Of a stretch of 32,000 nt of DNA, positions 27,077 to 32,000 are shown piece after piece. Made by a program: the position numbers and the translations under genes. The DNA is taken from NCBI RefSeq assembly GCF_000253055.1, contig NC_016070.1, positions 570,001 through 602,000 of the forward strand, written 5' to 3'. How positions within the stretch are numbered: position 1 is the first letter of the stretch; each line of letters begins with the position of its first letter. The DNA is from Thermoproteus tenax Kra 1. Its GTDB lineage: Archaea > Thermoproteota > Thermoprotei > Thermoproteales > Thermoproteaceae. Below the pieces are notes generated by a model. That model was not told the origin of the DNA. It ran no database searches and saw nothing but the letters and a program-made list of their open reading frames with translations.

Positions 27077-29824
27077 ATGCCTAAAAAGTACGTCTTCGAT
27101 TTCGATGAAGCCGACTATCGAAATAAGAGGCTCTTCGGCGGCAAGGGCGCCAGCTTGGTACAGATGGCGCAACTGGGCCTCAGAGTGCCGCCGGGCTTTA
27201 TAATAACAACTGAGGCGTGTAAAGACTTCTTCGGGCCCAAGAGGGAGGAGATAGCGGAGCTCGAGGCACAATTAGCCAGACAGCCGCCGCCGGATGTCAG
27301 AGATGCGCTTATCACAAAGTTGTTCTCAATAATAGATAGCTTAGATCTGCCACAGGGACTGTGGGAGGAGGTCGTGGAGCATATGAAGAGGCTAGAGGAC
27401 AGAACAGGCCGTAGATTCGGCGATCCGAAGAATCCCTTGTTGGTCTCCGTGAGATCCGGCGCGGCTGTGTCGATGCCTGGCATGATGGACACAGTGCTCA
27501 ACCTCGGCCTAAACGATGAGACCGTTAAAGGCCTCGCCGAACAGACCAACAACGAGTGGTTCGCCTACGATGCATATAGACGCTTTATTAATATGTTCGG
27601 AAGAATTGTATTAAATATAGATGATAAACTATTCTCAAAAGCATGGGATGATATTAAGAGGAAATATGGCGTAAAGGAGGATCCGCAGATGCCGATCGAG
27701 GGCCTAAAGGAGGCAGTTGAAATATTTAAGAAGATAGTGGCAGAGAGCCGCGGAGCCTTCCCGCAAGACCCTTGGGAGCAGTTGAAGTTGGCCATAAAGG
27801 CTGTGTTTCGATCTTGGGATAGCCCAAGGGCTATCTTCTATAGAATCGCCGAAAAGATAACAAGCGATATCGCCGACTGCACCGCTGTGAATGTAGTCAC
27901 TATGGTGTTCGGCAACATGGGCTGGGACAGCGGAACAGGCGTCGTCTTCTCGAGGGACGTGGCCACTGGAGAGAACAGGCTATATGGAGAGTTTCTCCCT
28001 GTGGCTCAGGGAGAGGACGTTGTGGCAGGGATAAGGACCCCCATGGATATAGACGAATTCAAGAAGAGGTTTCCACATTTATATGAAGAGTTATATAATG
28101 GTGTTAAGTTATTAGAAAAAGTAAATAAAGATGTACAAGACGTAGAGTTCACTGTAGAGCGCGGGAGACTCTACTTCCTGCAGTGTCGCAACGCCAAAAT
28201 GACTCCCATGGCGAGGGTCAAGACGGCCGTTGATATGGCCAAAGAGGGCATAATAACTAAGGATGAGGCTCTGATGAAGGTCTCTCCAGAGCATGTCCTC
28301 CAGCTCCTTTATCCGCGCATCGATCCTAAGGCAAACGCGAGGCCCATCGCCAAAGGACTGCCCGCGAGCCCTGGCGCCGTCTCGGGGCAATTAGTGTTCA
28401 ATCCGGACGATGCCGTAAAGTGGGCCCGCGATGGAAAAAAGGTTGTGCTCGCCAGAGTTGAGACAAAGCCCGACGACGTCCACGGCTTTTACGCGGCCGT
28501 GGGCATTTTGACCACAAGAGGGGGTATGACCTCACACGCGGCTGTTGTCGCTAGAGCTATAGGCAAACCTGCCGTTGTCGGAGCGGAGGACGCTGTTGTG
28601 GATGAACAGAACAAGGTGTTGAGAGCGGGCGGCCTAATATTGAAGGAGGGGGACTGGGTGACTATCGATGGAAACACAGGCCTTGTATATCCAGGTGTGG
28701 TCCCAACGTTGGAGCCAGAGCTGATACCTGAGCTAGAGGAGCTGTTGAGGTGGGCCGACGAAGTGAGGAGGCTCGGCGTTAGGGCCAACGCCGATCTTCC
28801 AGAGGATGCCGCCATAGCCAGAAAGTTCGGCGCAGAGGGGATAGGGTTGTTGAGGATAGAGCGGATGTTCAGAAAGCCTGAGCGCCTCGACCTCCTTCGT
28901 CGGATAATTTTGGCAGAAAATAGAGAGGAGAGAATAAAACATCTGGAACAGCTCTATAGGATGTTAAAGGAGGATTTCAAGGCGATCTTCGAAATAATGG
29001 ATGGATTGCCCGTAGTAGTAAGGCTCATAGATCCTCCGCTCCACGAGTTCCTGCCGAAGCCGGAGGAGGTGCTTCAACAGATATGCGAGGGGAGGATGTC
29101 AGGTAAAGATGTGTCCTCATTGGAGAGGCTGTACAATAGATTGAAGGCCCTGCAGGAGGCCAACCCTATGTTGGGCCATAGAGGTGTGCGCGTGGGGGTG
29201 AGCTACCCCGAGGTCTACTATTATTTGACCAAGGCTATCGCGGAGGCCGCCTCAGAGCTCAAGAAAGAGGGCCGCAACCCGGTCGTAGAGATAATGATAC
29301 CTCAGGTGAGCGACGTAAGGGAGATTAAATATGTAAAGGAAAAGGGAATAATGCCGGCGCTGAGGGATGTGGAGGAGAGCTCCGGAGTTAAGTTAGATAT
29401 CAAGATAGGCACTATGATAGAGACTGTGCGCGCTGCGCTCACCGTAGAGAAAATAGCGCGAGAGGTCGACTTCATCAGCTTCGGCACAAACGATCTCACG
29501 CAGGCCGTGTTTAGCTTCAGCAGAGACGACGCAGAGAACAAGTTTATACCGCAATACCTCGACCTCAAGATACTCGACGCAGATCCTTTCGAGACGTTGG
29601 ATCCAGAGGGTGTGGCTAAGCTGGTCGAGCAGGCTTCCAGGTCGGCCAAGGAGGCTAACCCGGCCATTGAGGTTGGGGTCTGCGGCGAACACGGCGGCGA
29701 GCCGAAGTCCATATCGCTCTTCAGCAGAATGAAGATAGATTACGTCAGCGCCTCGCCGTTTAGGGTTCCTCTGGCTAGACTTGCGGCCGCTCAAGCGGCT
29801 ATCGCAAGCTCCAAACGTGAGTAG
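27077..29824 (+). CDS. ppdK: pyruvate, phosphate dikinase
   Basis: GGKGASLVQMAQLGLRVPPGF, LTTRGGMTSHAAVVARAIGKPAVVG (phospho-His loop), GIGLLRIERMF, SFGTNDLTQ, CGEHGGEP. Confidence 0.97.
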   Translation: MPKKYVFDFDEADYRNKRLFGGKGASLVQMAQLGLRVPPGFIITTEACKDFFGPKREEIAELEAQLARQPPPDVRDALITKLFSIIDSLDLPQGLWEEVVEHMKRLEDRTGRRFGDPKNPLLVSVRSGAAVSMPGMMDTVLNLGLNDETVKGLAEQTNNEWFAYDAYRRFINMFGRIVLNIDDKLFSKAWDDIKRKYGVKEDPQMPIEGLKEAVEIFKKIVAESRGAFPQDPWEQLKLAIKAVFRSWDSPRAIFYRIAEKITSDIADCTAVNVVTMVFGNMGWDSGTGVVFSRDVATGENRLYGEFLPVAQGEDVVAGIRTPMDIDEFKKRFPHLYEELYNGVKLLEKVNKDVQDVEFTVERGRLYFLQCRNAKMTPMARVKTAVDMAKEGIITKDEALMKVSPEHVLQLLYPRIDPKANARPIAKGLPASPGAVSGQLVFNPDDAVKWARDGKKVVLARVETKPDDVHGFYAAVGILTTRGGMTSHAAVVARAIGKPAVVGAEDAVVDEQNKVLRAGGLILKEGDWVTIDGNTGLVYPGVVPTLEPELIPELEELLRWADEVRRLGVRANADLPEDAAIARKFGAEGIGLLRIERMFRKPERLDLLRRIILAENREERIKHLEQLYRMLKEDFKAIFEIMDGLPVVVRLIDPPLHEFLPKPEEVLQQICEGRMSGKDVSSLERLYNRLKALQEANPMLGHRGVRVGVSYPEVYYYLTKAIAEAASELKKEGRNPVVEIMIPQVSDVREIKYVKEKGIMPALRDVEESSGVKLDIKIGTMIETVRAALTVEKIAREVDFISFGTNDLTQAVFSFSRDDAENKFIPQYLDLKILDADPFETLDPEGVAKLVEQASRSAKEANPAIEVGVCGEHGGEPKSISLFSRMKIDYVSASPFRVPLARLAAAQAAIASSKRE

Positions 29825-29895
29825 TCAGACTGGGACGGCTCTTTCATTTGATCGGCATATCGGAATTCATCACTAGAGACAACGCTCATATCTCG

Positions 29896-29903
29896 CTTAA
29901 AAG
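29896..29903 (+). promoter_or_regulatory. archaeal TATA box (CTTAAAAG) upstream of the SRP RNA
   Basis: Centred about 26 nt upstream of a plausible start near 29926; no ORF downstream explains it. Confidence 0.5.
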
Positions 29904-29940
29904 CTTAATAAGCTCGTGGGTGTGCAATAACAGCCCCGGG

Positions 29941-30263
29941 AGATCGTCCCCGAAGGAGCACCCTTAAGCCGCCGGGTAGTGCGTTCGAGGGGGCTCCGGG
30001 GCGGATGACCCGCCGACACGCCGCGTGGGCCGGCGCGGCTGGTCGGACGGGGGTTGCAGTGGGCTGGACGGGCGCCGCCTGTCCCTCCCTCCGGAGCCCT
30101 AGGTCAGGGGGGCCCGTAACTCCGCCGGCGCCGGCCGTCGCTCCCACGTGGGCGGTCTGGCGGGCGATGAAGCCTCGGCCCTCGGGGCCTGCCCAGCCGG
30201 CGTACCCAAGCCGTAGGGCTTGGCGGCGCCGGCGAAGGCGGCGAACCAGGGGAGGTCCGGGAG
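29941..30263 (+). ncRNA. ffs: circularly permuted SRP (7S) RNA; boundaries set by a predicted bulge-helix-bulge motif (primary transcript about 29926-30275)
   Basis: Helix 6 CCAAGCC-GTAG-GGCTTGG (30206-30223, GNAR loop). Helix 8: GGCGGC (30237-30242)/GCCGCC (29968-29973), AGGG (30248-30251)/CCCT (29961-29964), symmetric loop GAGG (30252-30255)/AGCA (29957-29960). Helix 5: CCCACG (30143-30148)/CGTGGG (30024-30029). Former ends closed by GGACGGG-cgccg-CCTGTCC (30066-30084). Confidence 0.9.
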
Positions 30264-30265
30264 AG

Positions 30266-31180
30266 CTATATCTTTATTTCGGCCAAAGTGTCGTCGGTAT
30301 AGACGTCCTTGATCGCTAGGATGTCGCCCGAGTAGATCCCAATCTTGGGCCTTACCGCCCTATAGGGCCCAGCCTTGCTTGAGAAGATAGTGTAGACCAC
30401 AGAGTTGTGCCGCACGAAGCCCTGTTCCACGTATAAGTGGCCTCTGACTATTCCCTTGAGCCCCTCTCTCTTGAGGAACTCTGCGGTGGGCCTTCTGCCG
30501 TAGAGCCAGATGCCAGGTCCTCTAGGGCTCGGCATATAGCTCTCGCAGTCGCATGGATCGTTCCACAGAGCCTGAAAGGCGAGGGGGTCCTCGGGCAGAG
30601 TGAGGTCCCCCCTTACGGCCTTGAGCTCCTCCAGTGCTGCGGGCTCCATCGAGGGCTCCTTGAGGGGCACGCCGCCGTGGACGGCCAGAAGTACGTCGTT
30701 TATTTTAGCGGCCAGAGGCATGCGCGCGAACATCTTCTCTATTTCGCCGTAGAGCTCCGCGCAGTTGGGGAGTCTCTTCAAAAGACATAGCTCATCTATG
30801 AACCCCCCGTCCTCGTTCATAAGCGGAGACTCGTGGTTGCCCCTCAGGACGTAGGCCCTCCCCTCGAGGTAGAGGCCGACGACGGTCTTCAGAACCTCAA
30901 GTCCGTGTCTCCCTCTGTCGACGTAATCTCCAAGAAAGAGGAGCTTTTTATTGCCCCATTTCTCCAAGATGATGTCCAACGTGTCTCTGTCGCCGTGTAG
31001 ATCCCCTACGATGACCAGTTCCTTCTCTCTGATATCTAGCACTAAGCCCCCCTCGGCGAACTTAGCCGCCGCCTCCCGGAAGAGCTCCTTCAAGTCCACA
31101 GCCACGAGCCGTTGTGTTAATTTTACGGTTACGTCAGCCTGAATAGGCGAGAGGCGTTGTAGTAGACTCTGTCCACTACA
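30266..31180 (-). CDS. PPP-family serine/threonine protein phosphatase (PP1-arch type)
   Basis: VGDLHGDRDTLD, LGDYVDRGRHGLEVL, VLRGNHESP, AVHGGVP. ORF is open to 31201; true start is probably an internal GTG before AVDLKELF near 31105. Confidence 0.9.
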   Translation of the reverse strand, partial: CSGQSLLQRLSPIQADVTVKLTQRLVAVDLKELFREAAAKFAEGGLVLDIREKELVIVGDLHGDRDTLDIILEKWGNKKLLFLGDYVDRGRHGLEVLKTVVGLYLEGRAYVLRGNHESPLMNEDGGFIDELCLLKRLPNCAELYGEIEKMFARMPLAAKINDVLLAVHGGVPLKEPSMEPAALEELKAVRGDLTLPEDPLAFQALWNDPCDCESYMPSPRGPGIWLYGRRPTAEFLKREGLKGIVRGHLYVEQGFVRHNSVVYTIFSSKAGPYRAVRPKIGIYSGDILAIKDVYTDDTLAEIKI

Positions 31181-31845
31181 TCGTCCTCGCTCATGCGCCA
31201 TATCTCGGCCAACACCTTTATCGTCTCCTTCACCATGGGCGGCTGGAGCTTGAGCCCTCTATACTCGTAGGGCCCGTCGCTCTCCAACAACACCATATCG
31301 GGGCGGGCCGCCTCGGCGACATCCCTGTGTTTCTTCTGTATCTTCACAGCTGGGTTTATGGTTATATAATAGCCGTATCTGCCGATGTCTTCCAAAAGGG
31401 CGAGGGGGCCGGTGTACCAGTGGATAACGGCCTTGTCCACGTCCGCCTTCCTCAGAGCCTCGACCACGTCGGCCCACGCATCCGGCGCATGGACGTTGAG
31501 CACTAGATCGTACTCTTTGGCCAATCGGAGGAACGCCGAGAACACCTCCCTCTGTTTTTCGTAGGTCTCGGGCACGAACTTCTTATCGAGCCCAACCTCG
31601 CCTATGCAAGGCGCATTGCTCCTCTCGATGAGCTTCAGCGTTGTGGAGAGGTCAGCGGGAGTGGATCTGTCTACGTGCCAGGGATGTATGCCGAGGCAAG
31701 GGACTAAGCCGATGCGCTCGCTCAGCTCCAGAGTCCTCGCCGAGCTCGTTGCATCGTCTGAAACCCCCACCAGTTTTATCTCGGAGAATTTGGCGAGCTC
31801 TTCGTCGGAGAACTCATGGCAGTGGCAGTGAGCGTCTATCAACAC
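31129..31845 (-). CDS. TatD-family metal-dependent hydrolase
   Basis: LIDAHCHCHEF, CLGIHPWHV, CIGEVGLDKKF, LVLNVHAPDAW, LLESDGPY. Confidence 0.9.
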   Translation of the reverse strand: MLIDAHCHCHEFSDEELAKFSEIKLVGVSDDATSSARTLELSERIGLVPCLGIHPWHVDRSTPADLSTTLKLIERSNAPCIGEVGLDKKFVPETYEKQREVFSAFLRLAKEYDLVLNVHAPDAWADVVEALRKADVDKAVIHWYTGPLALLEDIGRYGYYITINPAVKIQKKHRDVAEAARPDMVLLESDGPYEYRGLKLQPPMVKETIKVLAEIWRMSEDDVVDRVYYNASRLFRLT

Positions 31846-31917
31846 AGTACACCGTGGCTGCCAGATTTTAAAGGTTGATCCAGTGACAGAGAAGTGAGGA
31901 GGAGTAGAGTCAGAGTT

Positions 31918-32000
31918 ATGGGGATCGACGTAGAGCTGTTGGAGTTCGATGAGGGCGTTGAGACCGTTGAAAGGGCGGCCAGAGCCAGCGGCGAGCCGCC
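31918..32000 (+). CDS. partial CDS, possible YbaK/ProX aminoacyl-tRNA deacylase-like protein
   Basis: Starts ATG; MGIDVELLEFDEGVETVERAARASGEPP resembles the N-terminus of that family; truncated by window end. Confidence 0.45.
   Translation, partial: MGIDVELLEFDEGVETVERAARASGEP

Noticed and set aside
28489-29794. Antisense ORFs opposite ppdK (28489-28815, 29302-29712, 29393-29794, etc.)
   Set aside because: Typical shadow ORFs of a high-GC coding sequence; the plus-strand gene is unambiguous.
29905-30319. ORFs 29905-30147 (-) and 30005-30319 (+) in the ppdK/phosphatase gap
   Set aside because: Low-complexity Arg/Pro/Ala-rich translations caused by the high GC of the structured SRP RNA; no protein-like features.
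1-32000. CRISPR arrays or complete insertion sequences
   Set aside because: No regularly spaced direct repeats, and no intact transposase or TnpB ORF in the six-frame track.

Overview
GC-rich crenarchaeal chromosomal window, most consistent with Thermoproteus/Thermoproteaceae. It is mostly housekeeping genes in short, tightly packed operons. Recognisable genes include SfsA, an alpha/beta hydrolase, an MscS-like channel, a dihydropteroate synthase-like protein, an MtaB/CDKAL1-type methylthiotransferase, MetG, cis-prenyltransferase, a standalone MetRS-beta/CsaA-like tRNA-binding domain, a ParA-like ATPase cluster, a frameshifted THI4, a PhoU/AbrB protein, archaeal RibC, NikR, HdrB/HdrC-like proteins, a JAMM protease, PepQ, Dcd, a MoaD/SAMP-like protein, Ogt/MGMT, PPDK, a PP1-arch phosphatase and TatD. 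The strongest hidden feature is non-coding: about 29926-30275 (+) reads as a circularly permuted SRP RNA gene. It opens with the 3' strand of helix 8 (GAAGG-AGCA-CCCT), closes with the 5' strand of helix 8 (GAACC-AGGG-GAGG-UCC), and has a GNAR-capped helix 6. Its termini can form a textbook bulge-helix-bulge motif that would allow excision and circularisation by the tRNA splicing endonuclease. Second-tier signals are two dispersed copies (one on each strand) of a 20-nt hairpin, CGCCCT(A/G)AAGGGCGAGGCTT, each ending an otherwise unexplained intergenic block and resembling TnpB/omegaRNA right-end remnants; a NifX-like/SAM-methyltransferase fusion; a five-gene ParA/winged-helix cluster; a homopolymer frameshift in thi4; and AT-rich patches inside otherwise GC-rich genes. 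No CRISPR array, rRNA or canonical tRNA was recognised. Coordinates come from hand reading and may be off by a base or two.
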